Assembly: GCA_050177605.1 (NCBI GenBank)
Contig: JBFXGX010000013.1
Span: 16,248 to 44,681 of the forward strand
Direction of reading: 5' to 3'
DNA: 28,434 bases
DNA from: Candidatus Izemoplasmatales bacterium
GTDB taxonomy: Bacteria > Bacillota_I > Bacilli_A > Izemoplasmatales > Hujiaoplasmataceae
Shown here: positions 1-10,758 of the stretch, piece after piece
How the letters are laid out: each line of letters opens with the position of its first letter
How positions within the stretch are numbered: the stretch's first letter is position 1
Notes under the pieces: model-generated
The model's database searches: none
The model's input: only the letters and a program-made list of their open reading frames with translations
What the model was told of the DNA's origin: nothing
Made by a program: the position numbers and the translations under genes

Positions 1-132
1 TTAACAAGAGAAGATATTGAAGAAATTGTTAAAACCGGTGGTTTAAAACGTTTTGATGATCCTCATGCTGCAGATCAAATTGAACTACCAGAACAACCTG
101 AAATTAATAAAACTGATGAAGTAAAACACTAG
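1..132 (+). CDS. ftsH: 3' end of a gene, probably ATP-dependent zinc metalloprotease FtsH (partial)
   Basis: Frame 1 is open from base 1 (LTREDIEEIVKTGGLKRFDDPHAADQIELPEQPEINKTDEVKH) to TAG at 130-132. It resembles the FtsH C-terminal 'ETLtxedI' segment plus an acidic tail, and ftsH lies near lysS in Bacilli. Only 43 aa are visible. Confidence 0.55.
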   Translation, partial: LTREDIEEIVKTGGLKRFDDPHAADQIELPEQPEINKTDEVKH

Positions 133-152
133 GGATACGTTGCAGTATCCCT
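131..152 (+). terminator. Stem-loop after the ftsH-like gene (weak terminator or processing hairpin)
   Basis: AGGGATAC-gttgca-GTATCCCT followed by TCTTCGTT, a poor U-tract. Confidence 0.45.
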
Positions 153-170
153 TCTTCGTTGGAGGGACCT

Positions 171-446
171 ATGAGACTCGATAAATTTTTAAAAGTCGCA
201 AGAGTTTTTAAAAGAAGAACAATTGCGAAGGAAGTTGCTGACCATGACAAAATTCTCGTCAATGGTCATGGAGCTAAACCATCCACAATGTTAAAAATTG
301 GAGATATTGTGGTTATTCGTTATGGATCCAAAGAGTTCACGATCAAAGTACTGAATTTTGCGAATCAAGCATCCAAAGAATTCGCACTAAGTATGTATGA
401 GTTAATCGAGGATAAAACAATTGATACATTGAATAAAAACGAATAA
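171..446 (+). CDS. S4-domain RNA-binding protein (YabO/RqcP/Hsp15 family)
   Basis: MRLDKFLKVARVFKRRTIAKE...ILVNG...KPS motif. GGAGGG RBS at 161-166 favours ATG 171 over the TTG at 159. Confidence 0.9.
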   Translation: MRLDKFLKVARVFKRRTIAKEVADHDKILVNGHGAKPSTMLKIGDIVVIRYGSKEFTIKVLNFANQASKEFALSMYELIEDKTIDTLNKNE

Positions 447-457
447 TTTTGTATAAT
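429..457 (+). promoter_or_regulatory. Sigma-A promoter for the metal-binding lipoprotein and lysS
   Basis: TTGAAT (429-434), 17-bp spacer, TATAAT (452-457). Confidence 0.65.
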
Positions 458-488
458 GTTAGAGGACACTCACGAAAGGAAAGAAGAT

Positions 489-1457
489 ATGAAAAAAACG
501 TTGATTGCCCTTCTTCTACTCCTATCCTTATTGATGCTAGGATGCACGGAACAAGATGTCAGATATGATATGTATGTTACAGTGTATCCCTTACAATATG
601 CGTTAGAAGAAATTTTAACTGATACAGGTTTAACCGTAGGAATTGTTCCTGGTGTAACTTCCCATGAAGATTCCGTGGATTGGTCTCCGAAAGAAATCAT
701 TGCGATGACCGAAGCTAGTCTCCTATTTTATGTAGGGGCGAACTACGACCAATACATTGACTTTCAAATCGAGAGCATCTTTACCAATAAAGATGTTGAA
801 CTTGTTAAAATTGAAGATGAAACAGATTATATGACGATGATTCCTGGTGTGATTGATGATCACGACCATGAAGAAGATATCATCACTTCAAATGAAGCAG
901 CTTTAGGAATTGATCCTCATTTTTGGATTTCTCCGAAAAGACTGATTGATGTGTCGCTACTATTGTTTGATAAAGTTGTTTCTAAATATCCTGATTTATC
1001 CACGAAATTCACTGAAAATTATGCTGCCTTAATTCTTACACTGAGTGATTTAGATACTGCATTTACAGAAATTATTTCCTCAAGCAATCAAGTAGCTATG
1101 TTTTCAACCAATCTCTATGGATATTTACGAGAAGATTATGGACTTGAATATATTTCTATTTCTCCGGGATATCATGAAGAAACCGAACAATTTACAACAC
1201 AAGAAAAAGAAGAAATAGTAAATGATGCGATATTTCATAATATAACCTATATCATTTATGAGAAAAACACGACTTCCCCTTTGTCAAATGCAATATTCAC
1301 AGAACTTGAAACGCTTGGATATACGCCAGTGAAACTTGAGTATGATATTTTGCAGTCTTTAACCGATGATGATCGTAATCTTGGAAAAGATTATGTTAGC
1401 ATCATGTATGAAAACTTAGAACTAATAAAAAAAGCTTTAGGCTTTATAGAGAGGTAA
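489..1457 (+). CDS. Metal ABC transporter substrate-binding lipoprotein (ZnuA/AdcA cluster A-I)
   Basis: Signal peptide with lipobox LMLG-C; VTVYPL, DWSPKEI, HDHEED loop and DPHFWISP motifs. RBS GAAAGGA precedes ATG 489. Confidence 0.85.
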   Translation: MKKTLIALLLLLSLLMLGCTEQDVRYDMYVTVYPLQYALEEILTDTGLTVGIVPGVTSHEDSVDWSPKEIIAMTEASLLFYVGANYDQYIDFQIESIFTNKDVELVKIEDETDYMTMIPGVIDDHDHEEDIITSNEAALGIDPHFWISPKRLIDVSLLLFDKVVSKYPDLSTKFTENYAALILTLSDLDTAFTEIISSSNQVAMFSTNLYGYLREDYGLEYISISPGYHEETEQFTTQEKEEIVNDAIFHNITYIIYEKNTTSPLSNAIFTELETLGYTPVKLEYDILQSLTDDDRNLGKDYVSIMYENLELIKKALGFIER

Positions 1458-2966
<1,509 letters not shown>

Positions 2967-2972
2967 TCAAAG

Positions 2973-2998
2973 AAAAAGCATCCGCGAGGATGCTTTTT
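2973..2998. terminator. Bidirectional intrinsic terminator between lysS and the convergent lipoprotein gene
   Basis: AAAAAGCATCC-GCGA-GGATGCTTTTT. Confidence 0.85.
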
Positions 2999-3011
2999 TC
3001 ATCGAATAGTT

Positions 3012-4361
3012 CTAACCTATGTATGGATATTCCATAGCGTATTGATACTTCGTTTTTAAATCTGTGTACTTGAATTCTACAAGAACATGATTTGATATAT
3101 CAATGATACCATAGAAGTTATCGAGCTTTGCCGCTGCGACACTACCTTCAAATGGAGATAAAGATTGATACATTAATGGGATAACAAGTTCGCCGTCTTC
3201 ATTCAGTGCACCGTATTGATAAAACGAGTTGCGAACAATTAACATTCCATCAAATATGCCAACTGGTAGATAACCATTATAATATTCATATGCAGAATAA
3301 CAAGTTCCTTCATAATCGTAAATAGCCAACATCCAATTTGAATTTCTTGTCACGATTCTTGAGTCATCCGCAAAAACAGGAATTTCTGAGGTAAATGTAA
3401 TTAATTCAGCCCCTGAAATATCAATAACCGCATAATAACTACCTTCCAAAGATGTTATATGAACGATTGCTTTTCCCCCATACACATAAGATGATTTCAT
3501 TCCGTCAAACATTGGTATAACAAAATCAAAACTTTGAGTCAATACCTTATCGAAATGAGTGTCGATAAGGTAATAACCATTATTTTCTTCTTTCACAAAA
3601 GCATAACCTTCATTAAATGGTGTGCATTCAGTATAATAATTACCGATAGACCCAAAGATATTCCCTGTAGCATCTATATATCCACAATACTCAGAAATTT
3701 GATTTTGTTCATCAAGCAAATTAACTGGCGCAAACCCGTTTTCAAAATAGGACTCTGAAGTAAAATGTGCGCTCGTCGAGGTCACTGTCTGAAGCTCATT
3801 ATCAATAATTAAAGTTTGTGATCCGTTGTGAATAATGCTGAACATTTCATCTGTAAAATGGATAATGTGATTATAGAGGATTGGATAGTAGTCAAACCAA
3901 ACACCTAGTTCCTCACCTATTGTATTAATATAAGTGAATTGATTGTCTTTAATGACCATTGCCAAGCCATATCGAAAAGGTACAACTGTATCATATTTAG
4001 CCTCAACTAGTTTTTCTCCATTTGGTAAAAGAAATCCCCATAGACCATTTTCTTGATAACTAAAATAGTTTTCTTCACCTAATGGAAAAAGACTAAACCT
4101 AGCATAAATATCTGTATTAGATTCTATTGGTAATGAAAAATCAAAAGGAGTTGAGAAGTCCGCGTCTATGTACCAACCAAAAAAAGAAAATCCATCTTTG
4201 GTTGGGTTATCCAATTGTTCTAGAGTCTCTCCACGAGTAAGAGAAATGTTATCTTCGCGATCATCTACATGAACAATCACAGTGACTAAGTTATTTTGGC
4301 TACAAGCTGTAATAAAAACAAGTATAATTGCGAAAAATAAAAGTGCTATAGTTTTCTTCAT
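3012..4361 (-). CDS. Lipoprotein with an InlB B-repeat (Listeria-Bacteroides repeat) and WG repeats
   Basis: Lipobox FITA-C; PTKDGFSFFGWY..D...PFDF..PI..NTDIYARF; repeated F..G.A.V....GYID..G units. Confidence 0.8.
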   Translation of the reverse strand: MKKTIALLFFAIILVFITACSQNNLVTVIVHVDDREDNISLTRGETLEQLDNPTKDGFSFFGWYIDADFSTPFDFSLPIESNTDIYARFSLFPLGEENYFSYQENGLWGFLLPNGEKLVEAKYDTVVPFRYGLAMVIKDNQFTYINTIGEELGVWFDYYPILYNHIIHFTDEMFSIIHNGSQTLIIDNELQTVTSTSAHFTSESYFENGFAPVNLLDEQNQISEYCGYIDATGNIFGSIGNYYTECTPFNEGYAFVKEENNGYYLIDTHFDKVLTQSFDFVIPMFDGMKSSYVYGGKAIVHITSLEGSYYAVIDISGAELITFTSEIPVFADDSRIVTRNSNWMLAIYDYEGTCYSAYEYYNGYLPVGIFDGMLIVRNSFYQYGALNEDGELVIPLMYQSLSPFEGSVAAAKLDNFYGIIDISNHVLVEFKYTDLKTKYQYAMEYPYIG

Positions 4362-4366
4362 ATTTT

Positions 4367-5197
4367 TTACTCCAAATCCAGGATAATTAATGTACTTAAG
4401 TAGCCACTATCCCAACTGCTACTAAAACTATAATCATCCTCTGATTTAATATTAATAACAGCGTATGTCGTTGAACCACACACATAACTCTCATAATGAA
4501 CAATATAGTGGGAAGAAATAAAGCCATATTCAATAGGATTCTTCTGTGTAATTAATAACGAACATTGATCAGAATGAACTTGCTTGAATACAAAGAACAT
4601 CCCTTTATATACAGAATCTACAAAAAGACGCGTTGGCGCTATGAATTCATAAATATCGTATTGATCACTATAATCAGCTGCATTAATCAATTCAGAATCA
4701 AAGAACGAATAATCTGATGTGTATGTATAATACGCTATATCAATATATGATAAATATAATCCTTCACTATAAAAATCAATCTCAGAATAGTTGGAAACGT
4801 AAATTATGCTAAAAAATTTATCATCATAATAGTTGAATGTAGAACCAATAATCCTACCATATAAATGTACAAATTGACTAAAATTAGGTATGTTTGATGA
4901 AAACTCGGATAATGGAAGATATAATTCCAAATATATCGGAGCACTTAAAGTGTCATAAGGAGCTAATTCACCAGTTACAGTGGCGCTGTTTATTTGTCTG
5001 ACAAAACCAGTACCAATTAATGCAAAGTCATTCTCATTATTTTCGTTTGGCTCTACATAAATTGCAGATCCAGATTCATCTTGCTCAAAATAGAATCCAG
5101 GACCATAAGCAGAAGCATTAACTTTGCATGATTGATTTATAACAAATAAAAAAGTTGATAATACTAATGCGGTTAATAAAAATATTTTTCTTTTCAT
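4367..5197 (-). CDS. Hypothetical secreted protein, rich in Tyr/Ser/Phe
   Basis: 276-aa ORF with MKRK, a hydrophobic stretch and a VNA/SA cleavage-like site. RBS AAGGAGTG. No family recognised. Confidence 0.7.
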   Translation of the reverse strand: MKRKIFLLTALVLSTFLFVINQSCKVNASAYGPGFYFEQDESGSAIYVEPNENNENDFALIGTGFVRQINSATVTGELAPYDTLSAPIYLELYLPLSEFSSNIPNFSQFVHLYGRIIGSTFNYYDDKFFSIIYVSNYSEIDFYSEGLYLSYIDIAYYTYTSDYSFFDSELINAADYSDQYDIYEFIAPTRLFVDSVYKGMFFVFKQVHSDQCSLLITQKNPIEYGFISSHYIVHYESYVCGSTTYAVINIKSEDDYSFSSSWDSGYLSTLIILDLE

Positions 5198-5222
5198 AAT
5201 TCAATTCACTCCTTTTCGCAAT

Positions 5223-5251
5223 ATTATACAATATATACCAAAAAAATCCAA
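5223..5251 (-). promoter_or_regulatory. Sigma-A promoter for the 5197-3012 gene pair
   Basis: Minus strand TTGGAT (5251-5246), 17 bp, TATAAT (5228-5223). Confidence 0.5.
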
Positions 5252-5302
5252 TATAAATAAAGAACTTAAGAAAAAATTAATATATTATTCATTTGCTTTC
5301 CT

Positions 5303-5334
5303 AAAAAAACACCTCCTATTGTAGGAGATGTTTT
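5303..5334 (-). terminator. Intrinsic terminator after the TPR-like gene
   Basis: Plus-strand AAAACACCTCCTA-ttg-TAGGAGATGTTTT with one mismatch; T-run follows on the minus strand. Confidence 0.65.
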
Positions 5335-6222
5335 CTATTTGATTTCGTCTTCTTTATCAATTGGTTCCAGTTCTTCTAGTTCAACAACTTCTACTTCTTC
5401 ATTGTCCTTAACACTATTCGTTTTCATAGGATCATAGATATAATCCTCTACATTCACAGAACCTTGAAACATTGATTTCGCTCTAGCGGCTAAATGTTGT
5501 TCCTTTCCGTTTGCAATACAGAAAGCTAAACATTTATCCATTTCTAACGTATTCCCTTCCATTTTATAGTAATACGCTTTACGATACTCATAGTTTAATT
5601 TTCTAGCAATATATCCATCATCATTTGCAAAATGCTTTTCAACCATATTTAAATATCCTTCATGGTCAAACTCCATATTTTTAATTGCTTCTAAAACTTC
5701 ACGATAATTACCAACAAAAGCTTGATATTTATTTGGAACTTGCCCAACCAAACTTTCCATTCTTGCTAAACAACTATCAAAAGTTTCATTGTCCCCAATC
5801 TCAAAAGCACTATATGCTGTAAAAGAAAAGACGAGGGCATGGAATACAGGGTTCATCCGTTGCAGCTCAAGTTGATTAAATGTTTTTATCGCTTCATCGT
5901 AATTTCCACAGTAATAATGAGCTAACCCAACATAGAGGGCATAACTTGCTTTCATATTTGCGGTTGGTGCATTTTCATAAGCATTTAACGCCATATCTAG
6001 TGCTTGTTTTACATCGAGATCATAATCGAGTAACATATTGAATCTCGAAGAAAAATATTGTAGTCTTCCATCCACACGATAGCGAATAAACAAATATCCA
6101 ACAAAGATTCCAGTAATAATTAATATGGTATTTGTATAATTCCAAATCGCATTCGTGATGAGAGCGATGACCGATAATGAACTATATACCGCCATCGTAA
6201 TAACATATTGTTTTCTGTTCAT
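5335..6222 (-). CDS. Membrane-anchored TPR-like protein
   Basis: Two N-terminal hydrophobic helices, then YVGLAHYYCGNYDEAIKTF (TPR-like) and further helical repeats. Confidence 0.7.
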   Translation of the reverse strand: MNRKQYVITMAVYSSLSVIALITNAIWNYTNTILIITGIFVGYLFIRYRVDGRLQYFSSRFNMLLDYDLDVKQALDMALNAYENAPTANMKASYALYVGLAHYYCGNYDEAIKTFNQLELQRMNPVFHALVFSFTAYSAFEIGDNETFDSCLARMESLVGQVPNKYQAFVGNYREVLEAIKNMEFDHEGYLNMVEKHFANDDGYIARKLNYEYRKAYYYKMEGNTLEMDKCLAFCIANGKEQHLAARAKSMFQGSVNVEDYIYDPMKTNSVKDNEEVEVVELEELEPIDKEDEIK

Positions 6223-6226
6223 TGCG

Positions 6227-6805
6227 TTAAATATCCTTTCCTAATGTATAATCTTCATCTTCATATAGATAGATGCCTAATGTCTCAGCTACGTCCACAA
6301 AGATATCAATGATTCCATAAAAATCAAAGCTTTGATCCTCTAGAATCGATTTAATTAAATCATCCACGTACAGCGTATAGTTTTCGGGAATCATTCCTTT
6401 TGATTCGATGATCCCTTCAATTTCAGAAATGATTGCTTCTAATTGTTCTTCATTAAACTTCACGGACTTTTCATTAAGTTCATATCTTAAATCTTCAATA
6501 TAGAATAAAAGTGAGATTAGCTCGTCATAATGCATGAATTCATGAAAGTCTCCCTTGAATGACACATCAAGATATAATTTACACTGTGCAATTTGATCAT
6601 GTAAATATTCATATCCGACGGTAAAAATTCTTTCAATATCATCGGAAGGATCTAGCTTTTTATTTTGAGTATTTAAATATAGGTAATTCAAAACTTCATA
6701 AACTGGCATAAATCGTTCATATAATGATAAATGATGTTCTTTGAGTTCTAGGTAAAAATCTTCGATTTCTTTCACCCAAGAAGCATATTCTTGATATAAA
6801 TTCAT
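6227..6805 (-). CDS. Hypothetical acidic helical protein
   Basis: Open frame. The track's GTG start (6814) lies inside the GAGGTG RBS, so ATG 6805 is preferred. Confidence 0.7.
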   Translation of the reverse strand: MNLYQEYASWVKEIEDFYLELKEHHLSLYERFMPVYEVLNYLYLNTQNKKLDPSDDIERIFTVGYEYLHDQIAQCKLYLDVSFKGDFHEFMHYDELISLLFYIEDLRYELNEKSVKFNEEQLEAIISEIEGIIESKGMIPENYTLYVDDLIKSILEDQSFDFYGIIDIFVDVAETLGIYLYEDEDYTLGKDI

Positions 6806-6856
6806 TTTCTTCACCTCACAAAAAGATTATACCCTATTATACTATTTATAGAAAAG

Positions 6857-6883
6857 AAAAACCACAAGGACTTTGTGGTTTTT
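6857..6883 (-). terminator. Intrinsic terminator after fba
   Basis: Plus-strand AAAAACCACAA-ggact-TTGTGGTTTTT. Confidence 0.8.
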
Positions 6884-6889
6884 ATGTGA

Positions 6890-7756
6890 TTAAGCTTGGT
6901 TTACTGAACCAAATAATGCCATTTTTTCACGAACAGCTTGTTTCATTGCTTCTACACCAGGAGCTAATAATTTACGAGGGTCAAATCCTTTTCCTTCTAA
7001 ATCTTTTCCAGCTTCGATGTATTTGCGAGTAGCGGCTGCGAATACTAATTGTAATTCAGTGTTAACATTGATTTTAGCGACGCCCATTGAAATTGCTTTT
7101 TTTACCATTTCATCAGGAATCCCTGTGCCACCATGTAATACGAGTGGAGTTCCAGTTGTTGCATTATCGATTTTTTGTAATACATCAAAGTTAAGTCCTG
7201 TCCAGTTTGCTGGATATTTTCCATGGATATTACCAATACCTGCAGCTAAGATTGTAACACCTAAATCCGCAACCATTTTACATTCTTGAGGATCTGCGAC
7301 TTCTCCGCCACCAATAACGCCATCTTCTTCTCCGCCGATAGCACCAACTTCAGCCTCTAAAGATAATCCTAAATTCTTTGTTAATTCCACTAATTCTTTT
7401 GTTTTAGCGATGTTTTCGTCGATTGGGTAATGAGACCCATCAAACATAATGGAAGAGAATCCAGCTTCAATTGCAAGATGTGCGCCATCATAACTTCCAT
7501 GATCTAAATGAAGTGCAACTGGTACAGTTATTTTTAAACTATCTACCATCGCTTTTACCATTTCAGCGACAACTTTGTATCCTGCCATGTATTTTGCTGC
7601 ACCTTCAGAAACACCTAAGATTACTGGTGATTTCATTTCTTCTGCAGTTAATAAAATTGATTTTGTCCATTCTAAATTATTAATATTAAATTGACCTACA
7701 GCATATCCGTTTTCATATGCTTTTTTACACATTTGTTCTAATGAAACGAGACCCAT
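6890..7756 (-). CDS. fba: Class II fructose-1,6-bisphosphate aldolase
   Basis: YAVGQFNINNLEW, VALHLDHG, MFDGSH, GNIHG, LVLHGGTG and KINVNTE motifs. Confidence 0.97.
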   Translation of the reverse strand: MGLVSLEQMCKKAYENGYAVGQFNINNLEWTKSILLTAEEMKSPVILGVSEGAAKYMAGYKVVAEMVKAMVDSLKITVPVALHLDHGSYDGAHLAIEAGFSSIMFDGSHYPIDENIAKTKELVELTKNLGLSLEAEVGAIGGEEDGVIGGGEVADPQECKMVADLGVTILAAGIGNIHGKYPANWTGLNFDVLQKIDNATTGTPLVLHGGTGIPDEMVKKAISMGVAKINVNTELQLVFAAATRKYIEAGKDLEGKGFDPRKLLAPGVEAMKQAVREKMALFGSVNQA

Positions 7757-7791
7757 ATATATAGTCCTCCTCTATATTTTTTATCATTTAT

Positions 7792-7820
7792 ATTATACTT
7801 TAATTTCGGCTAGATGTAAA
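7792..7820 (-). promoter_or_regulatory. Sigma-A promoter of fba
   Basis: TTTACA (7820-7815), 17 bp, TATAAT (7797-7792). Confidence 0.65.
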
Positions 7821-7857
7821 GAATCTTTGCTTTCTAGCACAAATGCTAGAAAAGAAA

Positions 7858-7885
7858 AAAAGAGTTTGGATTTCCAAACTCTTTT
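7858..7885 (-). terminator. Intrinsic terminator after pmbA
   Basis: AAAAGAGTTTGG-attt-CCAAACTCTTTT with a long T-run on the minus strand. Confidence 0.8.
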
Positions 7886-7890
7886 GATAA

Positions 7891-9207
7891 TTATTTACCA
7901 GCAACTGGCATACTTTTTACTTTCACTGAAGGACAAGTAATACCATAGTAACTCATTTTTACATCATTTCCTACAAGGACAACATCTTTTAACATTGCGA
8001 TGAAATTGCCTGCGACAGTAATTAAAGCAACTGGCTTAACAATTTTTCCGTTTTCTACTAAGAATCCAGAAGCTTGAAGACTAAAATCTCCACTCACTGG
8101 GTTGGCCCCAGCATGTGCTCCTTGAACATCAGTGATATATACACCGTTTTCAAGTGAAGCAAGGAGAAGCTCTTTTGTAGAAGTTCCAGGTAGTAACATT
8201 AAGTTTACAGCTGCAACTGTCGTTCCAAATCCATTTCCAGTTGGTTCAACGCCATCTTTTTTTGCTGTAACTAAATTATGTAAGTAGGTTTTTAATACAC
8301 CCTTAGAAATTAGTTCTTTATATTTTGTCGCAACACCTTCATCATCAAATGAACGAGAACGACTACTTTTCTTTAAGAATGGATCATCAACAATGGTCAC
8401 AAGAGAAGAACCTACTTCTTCTCCTAATTTTCCTTTTAACAAAGAGAAGCCTTTATGAACTGCATCTGCTGAGAATACATTTCCAAACGCACTTAAAAGG
8501 GTAGCTAAAGCACTGCGATCAAATACAATTTCATAGTTTCCTGAAGGAATAGGACCAGCACCAAGTTGACTCACTGCGTCTTTCACAACTTCACTAGCTA
8601 ATGTATCTACGTGAAAATCATCAAAATTGTTTGAGATTTCAAGATCAAAAGCAGTTCTTTGATCTTTATCATCTTTAACGATAACACTACCACCAATATA
8701 AGCGGAGTTTACTTTGTTAAATAATTTTAGACCTAATGTATTTTGAATCATCACGGAACGTGTTGTTTCAGAATACATTGTTTCAGCGACAGTTACCAGT
8801 GGATTCGCTTCATGGAATTGTTTATCGAGTTCCTTCACAGTAGCGATTTTTTTCGCCACTTCAAGTTTAGATAAATCTTCATTAAACAAACCCTCAACTG
8901 CTTTGTACTCTTTGTCTCCGCCATAGATGATTGCGTCATCTAAAGAGTCAATAATGGAAGCATTTTTGATTAAATGATCAACGATACCATCAATGAGTTC
9001 ATCTTCCATAATTTCTGTAACATAAGAACCCATTTTGCCTTTGTATACACCACGAATTGTCATACTAGAAGTATCGGCAATTTCATATTTATCTAATTCT
9101 CCCGCAAAAACCTCAATGGATAATTGCGTTGAATTATTAACGAATACTTGGACATCACTAAGGCCTTTTGCAAGTGCTTTTTCAAATAACTTATCAACAT
9201 TCATCAT
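7891..9207 (-). CDS. pmbA: TldD/PmbA family protein, PmbA (TldE)-like non-catalytic subunit
   Basis: FDDEGV, GAHAGANPVSGDFS and ITVAGN motifs; no HExxxH. Start moved to MMNVDKLF (9207), just after the tldD stop; the ORF-track N-terminus overlaps tldD. Confidence 0.85.
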   Translation of the reverse strand: MMNVDKLFEKALAKGLSDVQVFVNNSTQLSIEVFAGELDKYEIADTSSMTIRGVYKGKMGSYVTEIMEDELIDGIVDHLIKNASIIDSLDDAIIYGGDKEYKAVEGLFNEDLSKLEVAKKIATVKELDKQFHEANPLVTVAETMYSETTRSVMIQNTLGLKLFNKVNSAYIGGSVIVKDDKDQRTAFDLEISNNFDDFHVDTLASEVVKDAVSQLGAGPIPSGNYEIVFDRSALATLLSAFGNVFSADAVHKGFSLLKGKLGEEVGSSLVTIVDDPFLKKSSRSRSFDDEGVATKYKELISKGVLKTYLHNLVTAKKDGVEPTGNGFGTTVAAVNLMLLPGTSTKELLLASLENGVYITDVQGAHAGANPVSGDFSLQASGFLVENGKIVKPVALITVAGNFIAMLKDVVLVGNDVKMSYYGITCPSVKVKSMPVAGK

Positions 9208-9209
9208 GA

Positions 9210-10607
9210 TTATTTCGCTCCTTTCTTTCCACCAACGGTGATGGATGAAACGCGAAGTGTTGGTTGTCCAACGTCCGCTGGAATTGATCCAGAAGCTGAG
9301 CCACACATTCCGCGAGCACTATCAAGATTATTTCCAACCATATCGATTTTCATTAAGATATCAGCGCCATTACCAACTAAAGAAGCTCCTCTTACTGGTT
9401 CAGCGATTTTTCCATCACGAACGATGTACCCTTCAGATACTGAGAAGTTGAAATCACCATTTCCAGGATTAACCGATCCGCCTCCAAGTTTGGCTGCAAA
9501 TAAACCGTATTCAGTAGCTGCAATGATTTCTTCAAAAGTCGATGTGCCGTTATCAATATAAGTATTACTCATACGAGATGTAGGCGCGTATTTATATGAT
9601 TCTCTTCTAGAAGAACCTGTCGGTCTATGATTCATTCTTCTAGCATTGAGTTTATCAACCATATAGGTTTTTAAGACACCTTTATCGATTAATACACGAC
9701 GTTCTTGAGGTGTTCCTTCATCATCGAAGTTAGCACTTCCCCAAGCATTTTCTATCGTTCCATCGTCAATCGCTGTCACGATTGGTGTTGCGACTACTGT
9801 ATTTAGTTTTCCACAAAATACGGATGCATTTTTCGCAACGCTAGTTGCTTCTAAACTATGTCCGCAAGCTTCATGGAAAATAACGCCACCAAATTTGTTA
9901 TTAATGATGACCGGCATATTGCCACTTGGGCAATCATCCGCAAACAACATTGTTTTTGCAGTTCTAGCCGCATCTTTAGCGATTTCTTCGATATCGATAT
10001 CTTCTTCAAAGTATTCGTATCCTTTTCCAGAACCTGGGCCTTCTCCGCCTGTTTGCATCACGCCGTCTTTTCCAGCAATCGCTTGGATATATAATCTTGC
10101 ACGAACTCTGGTTTCACTGACAAAACGTCCTTCACTGTTCGCGATAAGTACTTCTTGAGAAGAATCTCCTAAGTTAATCGCAACTTGTTGAATGACTTCG
10201 TCATATTCTTTGGCTGCTTTATATGCTTTTTGCATTAAAGCAACTTTTTCTTCTTGAGATACATCTTTTGGATTTTTCTTTACTTGATGTCTTGTGCCGA
10301 CTTCAAGTTCTCCTAAAGGAACTCTTTTTGTTAATTCATGATTGTTGAATGACGCACTTAAATCAGCTGCTAATTTTAATAGGTCCTTTGGATTTTGACT
10401 ATTTGTATAACCATATACACTTTGTAATTTGAGTGCAATACGAACGCCAACACCGAAGACTTTAACGCTAGCTACTTTTTCAACACGTCCCCCAATTAAT
10501 TGAATTGAATCTGATACTTTTTCTTCTGTATAGACTTCTGCGAAATCGGCCCCAGTTGAAAGTGCTGTATCTAGAATTTGTTCAATTAATGTTTTTTCTA
10601 GTAACAT
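9210..10607 (-). CDS. tldD: TldD metalloprotease
   Basis: GADFAEVY, HEACGHSLEA metal motif, FDDEGTP, RMSNTY and GMCGS.SGSIP.DVGQPTLRV motifs. Confidence 0.93.
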   Translation of the reverse strand: MLLEKTLIEQILDTALSTGADFAEVYTEEKVSDSIQLIGGRVEKVASVKVFGVGVRIALKLQSVYGYTNSQNPKDLLKLAADLSASFNNHELTKRVPLGELEVGTRHQVKKNPKDVSQEEKVALMQKAYKAAKEYDEVIQQVAINLGDSSQEVLIANSEGRFVSETRVRARLYIQAIAGKDGVMQTGGEGPGSGKGYEYFEEDIDIEEIAKDAARTAKTMLFADDCPSGNMPVIINNKFGGVIFHEACGHSLEATSVAKNASVFCGKLNTVVATPIVTAIDDGTIENAWGSANFDDEGTPQERRVLIDKGVLKTYMVDKLNARRMNHRPTGSSRRESYKYAPTSRMSNTYIDNGTSTFEEIIAATEYGLFAAKLGGGSVNPGNGDFNFSVSEGYIVRDGKIAEPVRGASLVGNGADILMKIDMVGNNLDSARGMCGSASGSIPADVGQPTLRVSSITVGGKKGAK

Positions 10608-10708
10608 ATCTTGTCCTCCTAAATAAACTTTAGTTTATTATAACACTTCTTTATGTGATATTGAAGTAATATTGATGAAACAATTGTGATTAATTTCAGT
10701 GTTTTAGA

Positions 10709-10738
10709 TAAAAAGCAAACAAGTAAGTTTGCTTTTTA
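10709..10738 (-). terminator. Intrinsic terminator after the M32 carboxypeptidase
   Basis: TAAAAAGCAAAC-aagtaa-GTTTGCTTTTTA. Confidence 0.8.
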
Positions 10739-10758
10739 GTGCTTTTGAAAGTAGATTT

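Noticed and set aside
9208..9306. Trp-rich N-terminal extension of the PmbA ORF
   Set aside because: Overlaps the tldD 3' end in another frame; the real start is at 9207 or 9204.
10622..10639. AATAAACT-tt-AGTTTATT inverted repeat at the tldD promoter
   Set aside because: Almost all A/T, so likely by chance at this base composition.
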